A stretch of DNA of 64,000 nucleotides, taken from contig JBAYGJ010000001.1 in assembly GCA_041666685.1 (NCBI GenBank), positions 31,749 through 95,748 of the forward strand, given 5' to 3'. The notes below the pieces were generated by a model, which was not told the DNA's origin, did not search any database, and saw only the letters and a list, made by a program, of their open reading frames with translations. The DNA is from Patescibacteria group bacterium. Lineage in GTDB: Bacteria > Patescibacteriota > Patescibacteriia > UBA10025 > JAHIVO01. Within the stretch, counting starts at the first letter, position 1. Every line of letters begins with the position of its first letter. Below, piece after piece: positions 21,001 to 27,821 of the stretch. The position numbers and the translations under genes were made by a program.

Positions 21001-22418
21001 CTTGCTGGAACTTCGGACAGGAAATTATCCCCTCCAACAGTGCCATCCTCAGTGCCGTTTTCATTGCCGTCCAGGTGGTTCTTGCAGACATCCATAATAC
21101 CCTTACCTGGATCTTTGTAATCAGGGCTGTTTTGGTCATTGGTGCCGGCAATAAGTTCGACACTGTACTGGTCGCCGGTCGCCATCGGTTCGAAGGGCCT
21201 AGTCGTAAACAGCGTGACACCGCTGGAAACGCTGAACGGAGATCGCAACCGCTGGTCAGTGCCCGCACTCGTATTGCGGAATTTTACTGTAGCCAGACAG
21301 GTCTCGGGAGCCGGACAGTCACCATCGATCAGGCAGGATATTTTGGCCACCGAACAGTAGCCGGCATGGATCGAGGAGGCGCGCATCTTATTTGAAAACC
21401 GTTCCTGGATCGGCGAATTCAGACAAACATTTGTAGCGTTGTCATCCGGATATATTTGCGTGACCGTGGGCGGGTCGGTTAAGTTTGTATTCCCAGTCGT
21501 AAAAGTCCAGATACTGGCCTCCGTATCTCGCAACGGCGGGTCGGTTTCCAGCACCGTCTCATTGATCTCGACACGGTAGGTGGTATTGAATAAATAATTT
21601 GCGGTTGGGTCAAATTCAAGGATAGATGCGTCAGCCGGCGCCAGACTCCATACCCCAGCGACCCTATCGCCGACACATTGGGACGTCCCGGCATCGCAAA
21701 CTCCAGAACTGCATTCATTGTCGTTGGCGCATGGGCCACCAGCACCCTGTCTAGCCTCATGGACATAAACCCCGACATTAGGCTCGACAATAGTTGTCGG
21801 ATCGAAATTACCATTGTATTGTGCCTGGATCATGCTGCAAACCGGAATATTAGATTCATTAAATCCAGGATCAACCCATTTCCGGTGGAAAGTTTCAGTA
21901 TCTTCACCGAGACAACGCATTGGATTATTTGTCGGGTCGTATACAGAAAATGCCGTACCGGCCGCATTACAGTCATAGCAGCCAAGTTCGTCACCGGGGC
22001 CACAAATCGTCACACCGGGACCATTAATTATGTCATTCAACCGGCCGATAATGAAGGTCACGATCGCCCAGGCCAACATGATGATCACCAAACCGATAAC
22101 CGCATCCCGGAGGATGCGTTTGGCTTTCCTGATCTTTTCCTCATTACCCGCTGCGGTCAGCCAGACAAAACCGCCGTACATGATGATGATAACCGCCACG
22201 AGTCCGAGCAGGCCTAGCGCCCACTGGAGAATCTTTATCACCGTAGACTCCAGGTCGGCGGTCCCTAGCCCGAGGGTGCTGCCGACATTCTGGTCGACAG
22301 TAACAGCCAGCGACGGCGAAGATGTGAGCCAGAAAGCAGCCACCAGAAAACCGGCGAACACCACCAAGCCCAACAGGGCTCCCAGAAAAAATGTATTTTT
22401 ATTTGTACGCGCCCTCAT
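12090..22418 (-). CDS. Giant (3442 aa) cell-surface protein: N-terminal signal/TM plus VirB2/TrbC-like (CPR T4SS-pilin-like) two-helix hairpin, Cys-rich modules, multiple Big-type Ig domains, He_PIG-type Ig domain, NHL beta-propeller, C-terminal BNR/Asp-box propeller
   Basis: It is a single uninterrupted 10.3-kb ORF. The N-terminus is MRARTNKNTFFLGALLGLVVFAGFLVAAF (signal-like), followed by ILQWALGLLGLVAVIIIMYGGFVWLTAAGNEEKIRKAKRILRDAVIGLVIIMLAWAIV (helix-loop-helix pilin-like). It has the NHL repeats NVYVSKRNTGQVFKLD and YLYITDSGNRILRV (~14940-15640), Ig-like modules (VTATDNYGINRVNFYLD), a He_PIG module (PPITFTAAPLPAGLSFSGSRITGTPTTAGTYNITL, ~13020-13270), and the BNR motifs STDDGVTWTN, NNNGATWTD and SNDNGNTWLS (12090-13000). 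Confidence 0.75.
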   Translation of the reverse strand: MRARTNKNTFFLGALLGLVVFAGFLVAAFWLTSSPSLAVTVDQNVGSTLGLGTADLESTVIKILQWALGLLGLVAVIIIMYGGFVWLTAAGNEEKIRKAKRILRDAVIGLVIIMLAWAIVTFIIGRLNDIINGPGVTICGPGDELGCYDCNAAGTAFSVYDPTNNPMRCLGEDTETFHRKWVDPGFNESNIPVCSMIQAQYNGNFDPTTIVEPNVGVYVHEARQGAGGPCANDNECSSGVCDAGTSQCVGDRVAGVWSLAPADASILEFDPTANYLFNTTYRVEINETVLETDPPLRDTEASIWTFTTGNTNLTDPPTVTQIYPDDNATNVCLNSPIQERFSNKMRASSIHAGYCSVAKISCLIDGDCPAPETCLATVKFRNTSAGTDQRLRSPFSVSSGVTLFTTRPFEPMATGDQYSVELIAGTNDQNSPDYKDPGKGIMDVCKNHLDGNENGTEDGTVGGDNFLSEVPASTNPTFPTEPWNFTADTDSTNTRCIPEIVDIVPSFGRYSTPADPAIQINGTNFGIGGDVAFNNGVLDSGNCFSVANWPSQNCNVSWNGTAIQTRVPGGPVNIGGIIPSNGAKDGGVKVTIDPGVCEGGVNDNRTCTKLNEAADCPGGRCVTDSNASDFDVTSPQIGEVSGLNDQPHGGIGQYVSVIKRNDSNAGFCVDPDDCIAGQVFFRDMSNGDEILAAAPPDPPCDATWTNTSAIVKVPDLSLIATVCDPATAPEGKWSNCPANSQVGVQLVKSDGTRSNIVTFVYTNEAAGPGLCQVQPVCGVQGVGLTLTGETFDPPADRSVNFVLGLDLPVSVVPPLANWTDGQITVTTPDLDNAENPYKVSARNVNGGSNALPFEVPCGGVPKVYETTACSFTCDAASANAGDSCNDPTDCDGGACLPDTIPSPNPYKGTTNVCLNAVFGATFTTLMNHATLDSSTIGLYDCANDSTCTNPVPVDITPPDVNFSASDDAGKTSFRMIPTADLTPDHYYRVTISKEVRSITNVKMVNDYAWTVKTQTGTDACPVSRVLVTPSNRILTTIGATQDYSSVPLGPNCTFMNPASYSWNWVSTVLAIATVASAPPQPPYQATATAVSDVAPGYTYIQADTAGKTGQAKLSVILDYCDVGFDCAKEGQCVGSVCDLTINRCTPVINSISPPPVPGGPRGQTITINGCYFGSYVAGTSKVLFDVANEGLFLCAAPWKDSQIITTIPETVGLGTNSVEVRTAAGLSNIDDSHQNITFDINDTCNNIAVPGLCSITPLVQRIGSPVDFMGFNLTTHDALPVKAEFTQGAGYIDSPDGTASADGTTFSDATLPVNTDPGPARISVGDGTGAYCPSNGINIGIYCDNPGECSSGCCLDHECQADNAACSSGGPGDPCKLDDQEHRDATLCQLGKTVSGTSSYRCIDPDGHLAPDSQGDPLVMSRVYPPPASSPCLTCCTTDVNGDGTNLVQLNKNGLKCTADQGACVSGNRGLYCGCDYEDTATGDAQCDEDGTGTIACGKSTCCYARPQFVSIKPDVVPPDSPLICLNNSFIIKFDQDIDMTSVVVGDSVTLTENLAPVAFTVKKIINGFIVSPTVALHVGTAIDINLRTDIIKSERGITWTNIVDNWRLFEWDVDPLASICQIDHVIWTFVNADTPFYNPPDIFTCTAPTDCSDDLGAVNGNQHIVEAIPYDKNNNPVNSTATFSIGDTSIAQLTPLGDFSRWLTAQNKNGRTTVNASFDPEFFTGTKTSSARVTVNVCEHPWPNPFSVPADTFPYTDTVTNFSISYCRDPGALPSLAPTGDVIVKAGSYQFGNKKNELIREFFFTRADTDDAIGIRVYENESNQSPHDWYYGQFGPAAPQPQDLTVDGYAAVRAGRSVYVAAWNPGNLGRLYPNIYLISYNEGASDETVSIYNRMIENWEFSINITQTEKEQVQRDMRRINDLSSIYEKLMIYRTDNGYFPKLEGGSYVKMLSTSKWPSWQETLGAALGGNLPGDPYDKFIVEDPPTLCGTGYDQNTCWNETLKTYQCPGGSFVYQYLGNATGSRASLLAHLENVHLLVNAEGNWEWYLVADPVVDKCVGMTEAQCPCFNYEYNVTGSAADHVGPVIGDVDLLVENAVTAVSGTRVLNATVTDVGSGVNRVEYYVDGIRTFTDTDSAIWSWDFNTTRFSDGAHTVRVRAFDNADNQTDKEYAVRIDNSGQPDTTNPFVTITSPKDGDTVSNRTISFLPDKAVDTAGIHSLEASNNGYIYYVTYWEDPAHLRRCNSNLDSCVDLGTFDFDALGLSPSSQIAWHVGLDHSNGDLLVTYTPAPVGTRRVLRFDPSMTPLQAPKAVYNLGAVDETGGALPQFGVTHSVGRPDGKIAAIIYFQTVVIFDPVTNTIEHHYDFGSDGVNGIDTDSAGNVYVSKRNTGQVFKLDSNLNLVPGAVFGTGINGNGPNQLNVPDGIHVDGSTVYVTENAGNVISALDTNLSRKIFIFGNNAGPQDLENIVAPEDVAISGNYLYITDSGNRILRVRSSTSYGVQINALATDNRQVDNVTINISNGDSYSCSGNASTTLSCSYSPPWDSTRVANGQYTISAIARDSGGRTGTTSILINVDNLDPTPPQVSFNNIEGRCGEGLCQKEDPADPDVACDYVHTCPDGARCNFDVSCDQSNTAAVCQDSYAPADNLICLRSGTVAVPVVASDNKQVNQVKFYVDGLFKSDGIRRAQGNCSVAPNALCTDNSTCAPGVCAFVWDWNWSTAGLSRGVCASQCQLGGQACISDSDCPQSGDRCVVTNGRGTQCNETSECQLLSPGLTCAGHQVSTYAFDDASNVTTSTIFLPVDVAQDDDQAPTVVFDAPPTPNEGTSVDQSITLRVTATDNYGINRVNFYLDHVLRKTALAGQPTEWVVDTRAISDGWHSFQVDALDARGNRSTSIERNYNVRGPGGPTIENAFMTPETGAVGTVFTFYADISDTDGVDDTSSPPVALVQNPDETDLVPRISIPLGRISGDNISGRYSGTWTSNQETVMWVDIQARDVQMNASELENIPGRPICNANGTCDAPPESNDLCPLECSANVPLIISMLTGIASVGDYYSYQIITSGGTPPITFTAAPLPAGLSFSGSRITGTPTTAGTYNITLTSTDSTGLSDTQTLRLTVNPPYSGPTALFATARNNTTSMAAVVYKSINNAISWVLTTNQPAGQTNLEDIQPVGACLYVSGNAYSPIRGYVWRTCDGGTESWSRSAAFNISISPLAYKSGKVFAAGGGGAVYSTLSAGNTWTLTGSVTDPRIESLIATPSALYAGTSGSATGPAVFRSTDDGVTWTNIGRFAATESAINDMYYNEANSTLYVVTSGALGLVHYTNNNGATWTDRNPSGGANSYLSIARFGTAIFVGSTPNGIVYRSNDNGNTWLSTTIAGKQAVYSLYADGTTLYAGASLPIGIHRYISSWGTTGPIPAIQRIVEAITRGADPCQDANACR

Positions 22419-22448
22419 GTTGTTACGCGTAAATTTTTTATGTAAGTT

Positions 22449-22898
22449 TTAGGAAGTACCCAACGTTTCCTTGACGATCTTGCTGACAGTCTGGCCGTCG
22501 GACCGGCCGGCCACTTTCACCATGACGGCTTTCATGACCTGGCCAAAATTTTTCTCATGCTCGCCGGTAGCGGCCACGATTTCCTGCACGATCTTCCGAA
22601 TCTCATCACTGGCCATCTGCTGAGGCAAATACCCCTCAATAATTTTCAATTCCTTATTTTCTTTATCAGCCAATTCCGGCCGGCCACCCGCGACAAACGC
22701 CACTGACGCTTCCCGGCGTTGTTTCGCCTGTGCTTGGAGGACCTTTACCACATCCGTTTCCGGCAGCTCCTTAACCCGTTTCGCAATGGCCACATTATGG
22801 ATGGCGCTCATCAACATACGAAGCGTGGTCACGCTAAATTCGTCATGCTCGCGCATGGCTTTTTTAACAGCTTCCGAAATGTTCGACTCGGTCGACAT
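22449..22898 (-). CDS. GatB/YqeY domain protein
   Basis: 149 aa. The full length matches the YqeY family (…VLQAQAKQRREASVAFVAGGRPELADKENKELKIIEGYLP…). Confidence 0.8.
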   Translation of the reverse strand: MSTESNISEAVKKAMREHDEFSVTTLRMLMSAIHNVAIAKRVKELPETDVVKVLQAQAKQRREASVAFVAGGRPELADKENKELKIIEGYLPQQMASDEIRKIVQEIVAATGEHEKNFGQVMKAVMVKVAGRSDGQTVSKIVKETLGTS

Positions 22899-22910
22899 GT
22901 AAAAAATATA

Positions 22911-23195
22911 TTATCTGACCCGAGCTTGCAGCAGTTTTTTTATGGTACCGCGTTTGTTCGGTCGTTTTGGATCAATAAAATCGTCAAGTTTCCCGATCTT
23001 ACGCAGAAACTCCTTTTTCTCGACGATTAGCTTCCGCCTGGACGCGTCTTCACGCATTTCCAGTTTGGTTTTTTTTGATGTGTAAAAACGGCCGCGTTTA
23101 GCCCGCAACAGGACTCCACTCGCTTGCACTTTTTTCGTGAAACGCCTCAATAAGCTTTCTGGCGACTCACCTTCTTTTCTTCTGACTTCTACCAC
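22911..23195 (-). CDS. rpsU: 30S ribosomal protein S21
   Basis: …VEVRRKEGESPESLLRRFTKKVQASGVLLRAKRGRFYTS resembles the S21 consensus. It uses a GTG start, with GGAGGTG 10 nt upstream. Confidence 0.8.
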   Translation of the reverse strand: MVEVRRKEGESPESLLRRFTKKVQASGVLLRAKRGRFYTSKKTKLEMREDASRRKLIVEKKEFLRKIGKLDDFIDPKRPNKRGTIKKLLQARVR

Positions 23196-23392
23196 GTGAT
23201 TATTTCACCTCCCCAATAATGTTGCCTGCCCAGGCAATTTACTGATTAATAATTTCGGGCGTGTATTAGTATATGATACCTAAATAATATGAAAAAATCT
23301 AGTCCTAATATAACACATAAAACAGCCTTTTGTCAAAATAGGCTTTGTCAGCATTCCACTGATTGCGGCCAAATATCGTTTTAGCGCTAAGG

Positions 23393-23731
23393 TTACGTTA
23401 AACCTGATAATTTCTTGCCACCTAACATATGAATATGTAAGTGAGGGACCACCTGACCTCCGTCAGGCCCACAGTTCACAACCAATTTATATCCATTTTG
23501 TAGACTGTGGATTTTTGCCAGCTCCCTAGCCTGTAACACCATATCGCCTACCAGCTGCTGATGGCGCTTTGCCAACTCATCGACAGACGGAATATGTTCC
23601 TTGGTGATGATGAGCAGATGGACCGGCGCCTGCGGCGAGATGTCCTTGATAACGATAAAACCCTCCGACTCATAGATCAACTCAGTCGGAATATCTTTGC
23701 GGATAATCTTGCAAAAAATACAATCTGGCAT
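23393..23731 (-). CDS. HIT-family (histidine triad) nucleotide hydrolase/transferase
   Basis: It has the histidine triad motif HLHIHML and the HINT-like N-terminus CIFCKII. Confidence 0.85.
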   Translation of the reverse strand: MPDCIFCKIIRKDIPTELIYESEGFIVIKDISPQAPVHLLIITKEHIPSVDELAKRHQQLVGDMVLQARELAKIHSLQNGYKLVVNCGPDGGQVVPHLHIHMLGGKKLSGLT

Positions 23732-23737
23732 AGACGC

Positions 23738-25132
23738 CTATATCGATAATTTGGCCGTCCCCTCGTCTGCCGGTTTTGGCGGCTGTTCGGCCATGTGGAT
23801 ATGGTTATGGTTTGTGGCGACTACATTATTTTTTGACAGGCGTTTTTGAATTTCTGAAATTACTTTTTGGAAGTCCACTGTCTCCTGGATACCGTTTTCC
23901 ATGTCACGAATCAGAATCGTACCGTCAAGCATTTCTTTTTGCCCGAGAATAAGCGCATACTTCACCGCCAGCTTATTTGCCATTTCCATCTGCGGCTTGA
24001 TGCCGTCTTTTGAAAATGTTTCAGCCACGCGCAAACCGGCCCGCCGCAAATCTTCATACAGTCGCAACGCTTTCTTTCTGGCCGCGTCACCGAGTTGGGC
24101 GACAAACACGTCGGGTCCCGCCGGCATACCGACTTTGATATCACGCGCTTTGATCTCATTGATCAGCCGTTCGATCCCGGCAGCAAAACCGATGGCCGCT
24201 GTCGGAGCACCGCCGAGCTGTTTGACCAGGATGTCATACCTACCCCCGCCGCATAAGGCACTGGGGTTGACCGGGCTTTCACCCTCAACCACAGGCCAAA
24301 TTTCAAATGCTGTTCCAGTATAGTAATCCAAGCCGCGTACCAATCGGGAATTGAGGACATACGGAATCTCCAGCCCATCCAGGTGTTCCAATACCTTTAC
24401 GAAATGCGCATGGCAATTTTCGCACAGGTGGTCGACTGTCTGCGGCGCATCCTGGGCCAGGAGCTGGCAATCAGGCACTTTACAATCAAGCAGGCGCAGC
24501 GGATTTTTCTGCAGGCGACGCTTGCAATCCTCGCATAAGGCATTCTTGCGGCTGCGATAATATTCATTCAGGGCTTTTTTATACGACTCGCGGCAGGTCG
24601 GGCAACCAACACTGTTCACCTGAAGCGATACCGACAAACCAATCTCGTTAAAAAAACTGTACGCCAGCATCATCAGCTGGGCATCAATGACGGGATGGCC
24701 GTCCCCCAGCACTTCAAAACCGAACTGATGGAACTGGCGGTAACGGCCAGCCTGGGGCCGGTCGTACCGGAAAAACGGGCCGATATAATACATCTTGACC
24801 GGCTGCGGCCGATTCAGCATCCCGTGCTCAATATACGCCCGGACGACACCGGCCGTGCCCTCCGGCCGGAGCGATACGGAATCATTGCTCTTATCCATGA
24901 AAGAATACATTTCCTTCTCTACTACATCCGTTTCCTGGCCGATCGAGCGGACAAACAACGACGTTTCCTCCAGAACCGGGGTATCAATCCGTGCAAACCC
25001 GTACGTCTGTGCGAGCTGGTCAGTCCGCTGCCGGATAAAATCCCAAAAACGCTGCTCTTCTGGAAGGATATCTTTCATCCCACGCAGGAGCTGAGGTAGC
25101 TTCTTTGGCTTGTCGGACGCTTTTTTATTCAT
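23738..25132 (-). CDS. hisS: Histidine--tRNA ligase, with Cys-rich (4x CxxC) insertion
   Basis: Class II aaRS motifs (LRPEGTAGVVRAY, YYIGPFFRYDRPQAGRYRQFHQFG, GGGRYD) and an anticodon-binding C-terminus. The start MNKKASD is at 25132. The ORF track extends it to 25303, overlapping the upstream gene. Confidence 0.88.
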   Translation of the reverse strand: MNKKASDKPKKLPQLLRGMKDILPEEQRFWDFIRQRTDQLAQTYGFARIDTPVLEETSLFVRSIGQETDVVEKEMYSFMDKSNDSVSLRPEGTAGVVRAYIEHGMLNRPQPVKMYYIGPFFRYDRPQAGRYRQFHQFGFEVLGDGHPVIDAQLMMLAYSFFNEIGLSVSLQVNSVGCPTCRESYKKALNEYYRSRKNALCEDCKRRLQKNPLRLLDCKVPDCQLLAQDAPQTVDHLCENCHAHFVKVLEHLDGLEIPYVLNSRLVRGLDYYTGTAFEIWPVVEGESPVNPSALCGGGRYDILVKQLGGAPTAAIGFAAGIERLINEIKARDIKVGMPAGPDVFVAQLGDAARKKALRLYEDLRRAGLRVAETFSKDGIKPQMEMANKLAVKYALILGQKEMLDGTILIRDMENGIQETVDFQKVISEIQKRLSKNNVVATNHNHIHMAEQPPKPADEGTAKLSI

Positions 25133-25139
25133 AGTATTA

Positions 25140-25799
25140 TTATATAGATAAATTGTATATGGGACTGACGAAATGCTGGAATTCAGAAAACGGATAGACC
25201 CGCAGCCAGGCCCGGCCGACGATATCTTTTCTGGGTAACGGCCCAAAGATGCGGGAATCCAGGCTGACCGGACGGTTGTCGCCCATAACGAAATATTGAC
25301 CATCCGGAATCCGTGTCACTGTTAAATTATTGGTAAGGGTGCCCTCAGCCAAATACGGTTCCGGAAGCACGACGCCATCCGGATATTGCTTATTGATAAT
25401 AGTAATCTCCCCATTAACGGATTTGATCGTTTCGCCCGGCAGTCCAATAATCCGCTTAATAAAAAATTCACTGGTCCGGTTCGGATTGCGCATCACCAGG
25501 ACGTCTCCCCGCTGCGGATCAGTGAATCGGTAGGTGATTTCATCGATGATCAGGTATTCATTATCGTGAAAATTCGGCTCCATCGAGGCGCCGCGGACAT
25601 AAAACGGCTGAAACAAAAAATACCGGACCGGGATGATGATAGCGAGGGCGATCAGGACGATCTTGACCAGTTCAAGAACAAAACTGCGAGGAGAATTGGC
25701 AAATGACGGAGGATTCAGCTTAACATCCCTCTGTTCCTGCTTAACCTCTGCTTTGGCTTTCTTATTGTCGATATCGTAGTCGCTTACCGTCAGTCTCAT
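25140..25799 (-). CDS. lepB: Signal peptidase I
   Basis: N-terminal TM helix. Catalytic Ser box GASMEPN, Lys box and the GDNRPVSLDSR box. Confidence 0.85.
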   Translation of the reverse strand: MRLTVSDYDIDNKKAKAEVKQEQRDVKLNPPSFANSPRSFVLELVKIVLIALAIIIPVRYFLFQPFYVRGASMEPNFHDNEYLIIDEITYRFTDPQRGDVLVMRNPNRTSEFFIKRIIGLPGETIKSVNGEITIINKQYPDGVVLPEPYLAEGTLTNNLTVTRIPDGQYFVMGDNRPVSLDSRIFGPLPRKDIVGRAWLRVYPFSEFQHFVSPIYNLSI

Positions 25800-25809
25800 A
25801 TATTAGGTT

Positions 25810-26433
25810 TTAGTAGGTTGGTGGGGCAAAATGAGTAAAATCTTCAAACGGCCAGACCCGAAGCCATGCCCGGCCGATAATCTGCTTTTTCGTAATCGTG
25901 CCAAAGATGCGGGAATCCAGGCTAACCGGACGGTTGTCGCCCATGACGTAATACATATTCGGACCGAGCGTAGTTGTCACATTGCCGTTTGTCAGGATTC
26001 CCTCCCCCAAATACGCTTCATTAAGTTCCGTTTCGGCACCACTCGGGGAAACAATGTACACATGCTGATCTTTGACCTCTACGGTTTCATTGGGCAGGCC
26101 AATAATCCGCTTGATCAATGCGTCGCGTTCGCTGGGTATTTTCAGCACCACCACATCTCCACGCTGAGGCTCGGAAAATCGGTACGTAATCTCATCAATC
26201 AACAAATACTGAAAATCGGAAAAATTCGGTTCCATCGACGCGCCCTCCACATAATACGGCTGAAAAAGGAAATAACGGACCGGGATGACGATCACCAACG
26301 CGATTAGAACGATCTTGACCAGCTCAACGACAAACGCCCGTGGTGATGAAGCGAAACCCGGCTCGACAGCCGCCCGCTTCTCACTTGTCGCTTTCTTATT
26401 GCTGATGTCATACTCCCCGACCGATAATCGCAT
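25810..26433 (-). CDS. lepB: Signal peptidase I (tandem paralog)
   Basis: Same architecture (GASMEPN; GDNRPVSLDSR). It is about 55% identical to the neighbour. The likely start MRLSVGEYDISNKK at 26433 parallels the paralog's MRLTVSDYDIDNKK. The ORF track uses a TTG at 26448. Confidence 0.8.
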   Translation of the reverse strand: MRLSVGEYDISNKKATSEKRAAVEPGFASSPRAFVVELVKIVLIALVIVIPVRYFLFQPYYVEGASMEPNFSDFQYLLIDEITYRFSEPQRGDVVVLKIPSERDALIKRIIGLPNETVEVKDQHVYIVSPSGAETELNEAYLGEGILTNGNVTTTLGPNMYYVMGDNRPVSLDSRIFGTITKKQIIGRAWLRVWPFEDFTHFAPPTY

Positions 26434-26674
26434 AATGGAAATATCCAATTAGTATATTGAATGGTGGACGATGAAGGAGTTTCCGCCAGATGCGGACCCC
26501 GCCCTACTTTAAAATTTTTATTTATCGTGACGGGGGAACCTTCAACTTTTCGGATGTCCCGCTCTATCCGGAGCATTCGGGCGGTACCCGCATCTTCATG
26601 CCCACCTCGGCTCTTCACGAAGGAAAGCTGGTTGTTTCGTTCGTGGCCTTGGCCCAACTGAGCTTCTATTGGTG

Positions 26675-26751
26675 TGGTGGGCGCGATAGGAGTTGAACCT
26701 ATGACCTCGGCAATGTGAATGCCGCGCTCTAACCAACTGAGCTACGCGCCC
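26675..26751 (-). tRNA. tRNA-Val (anticodon CAC), CCA encoded
   Basis: The reverse complement GGGCGCGTAGCTCAGTTGGTTAGAGCGCGGCATTCACATTGCCGAGGTCATAGGTTCAACTCCTATCGCGCCCACCA folds as a cloverleaf with a 7-bp acceptor stem and anticodon loop TTCACAT. Confidence 0.85.
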
Positions 26752-26938
26752 AAGGTTTATTAAAACCAACTGCCTGCCCGCCGAAGTGTACCCGCGAAGG
26801 CGGGAGCTACTTGTCCTTATCCAGAGATGTTATTTGAAAAAAACCCAATGAATAGGCACATCATACCACAATTTAACACCCAAATCAAGTGGCAGGCCGG
26901 AGTAGCTAATATATCAAAAAAACCACTAGGCTATTACT

Positions 26939-27646
26939 TTATTTAAACCGCAGTTTAAACACCCGCCATAAGCTTTCCCACATAATACGGATACTGAACT
27001 TTGACGCCCCTCCTCGCCGTTCCATAAAAGTTATAGGGATCTCGACAATCCTGAATTTATGACGATAGGACCGGTATTTCAGCTCGACCAGAATCACATA
27101 CCCGATTGCCGCCAGTTGACTAAGACCGATTTGGCCAATAACCTCTTTTCGGAAACAGATATACCCGGTGGTCAAATCTCTGATGGGAACGCCCAGCACT
27201 GTCCGCACATACCAATTCCCCAAAGCGCTAATAAACCTGCGCGACCAGTTCCAATTGACAATTTTCCCTCCCGGCACATAGCGCGAGCCGATGACAACAT
27301 CAGCCGACTGCGCCTTTTGAATAAACTGAGGGATTAATTTTGGGTCATGAGAAAAATCAGCGTCCATGCAAAAAACCAGGTCCGCACCCAGTATGTCGAG
27401 TGCATGATGGAACCCCTGGACATACGCCCGGCCGAGTCCCTCCTTCTGTTGGCGATGCAGGACTTTGACCCGGCCATCCTTCCGTGCCAACTCGTCGGCT
27501 AACCACCCCGTGCCATCAGGAGAATTATCATCGACAACCAATACCTGCAGATCATCTACGGCCAACGCAAAAATTTCATGGACAATGCCTGGCAGGTTTT
27601 CCCGCTCATTGAACGTGGGCAATATAATGACGATTTTTTGACTCAT
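26939..27646 (-). CDS. Family 2 glycosyltransferase, polyprenol-phosphate mannose/glucose synthase (DPM1-like)
   Basis: Start MSQKIVIILPTFNEREN. VVDDNSPDGT and the DAD motif (CMDADFSHDP). No C-terminal TM. Confidence 0.8.
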   Translation of the reverse strand: MSQKIVIILPTFNERENLPGIVHEIFALAVDDLQVLVVDDNSPDGTGWLADELARKDGRVKVLHRQQKEGLGRAYVQGFHHALDILGADLVFCMDADFSHDPKLIPQFIQKAQSADVVIGSRYVPGGKIVNWNWSRRFISALGNWYVRTVLGVPIRDLTTGYICFRKEVIGQIGLSQLAAIGYVILVELKYRSYRHKFRIVEIPITFMERRGGASKFSIRIMWESLWRVFKLRFK

Positions 27647-27821
27647 GTGTATAAAATAAACATATCCCAAACCTTCAATTCGTAGCCGACAACGCCGAAG
27701 ATAGTTCATACTACCACGGTTTTTGACTTAATGCACGACTTTTATTATAATTTGTCCAGTCACTCGGTCCTGAACCCGACATTTTTATAAACGTCTCCTG
27801 ACCAAAAGAACCCCCTCTCCC

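Noticed and set aside
12077-22452. Dozens of 60-195-aa ORFs on both strands inside the giant gene (e.g. 19552..20139 +, 21678..22217 +, 15699..16070 +)
   Set aside because: All lie within or antisense to a single uninterrupted 10.3-kb ORF that has coherent domain content. They are statistical consequences of its codon bias. None has an RBS or recognisable domains.
23738-25303. 57-aa N-terminal extension of hisS in the ORF track (overlapping the upstream lepB gene)
   Set aside because: The extension has no homology. The internal ATG at 25132 gives a canonical HisS N-terminus and leaves an 8-nt gap to lepB.
26449-26674. 226-bp gap downstream of tRNA-Val screened for an ncRNA (SRP RNA, tmRNA or 6S-like)
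   Set aside because: No conserved SRP domain-IV motif or tRNA-like/tmRNA features could be recognised by eye. Only small local hairpins are present. It cannot be called without covariance-model search.
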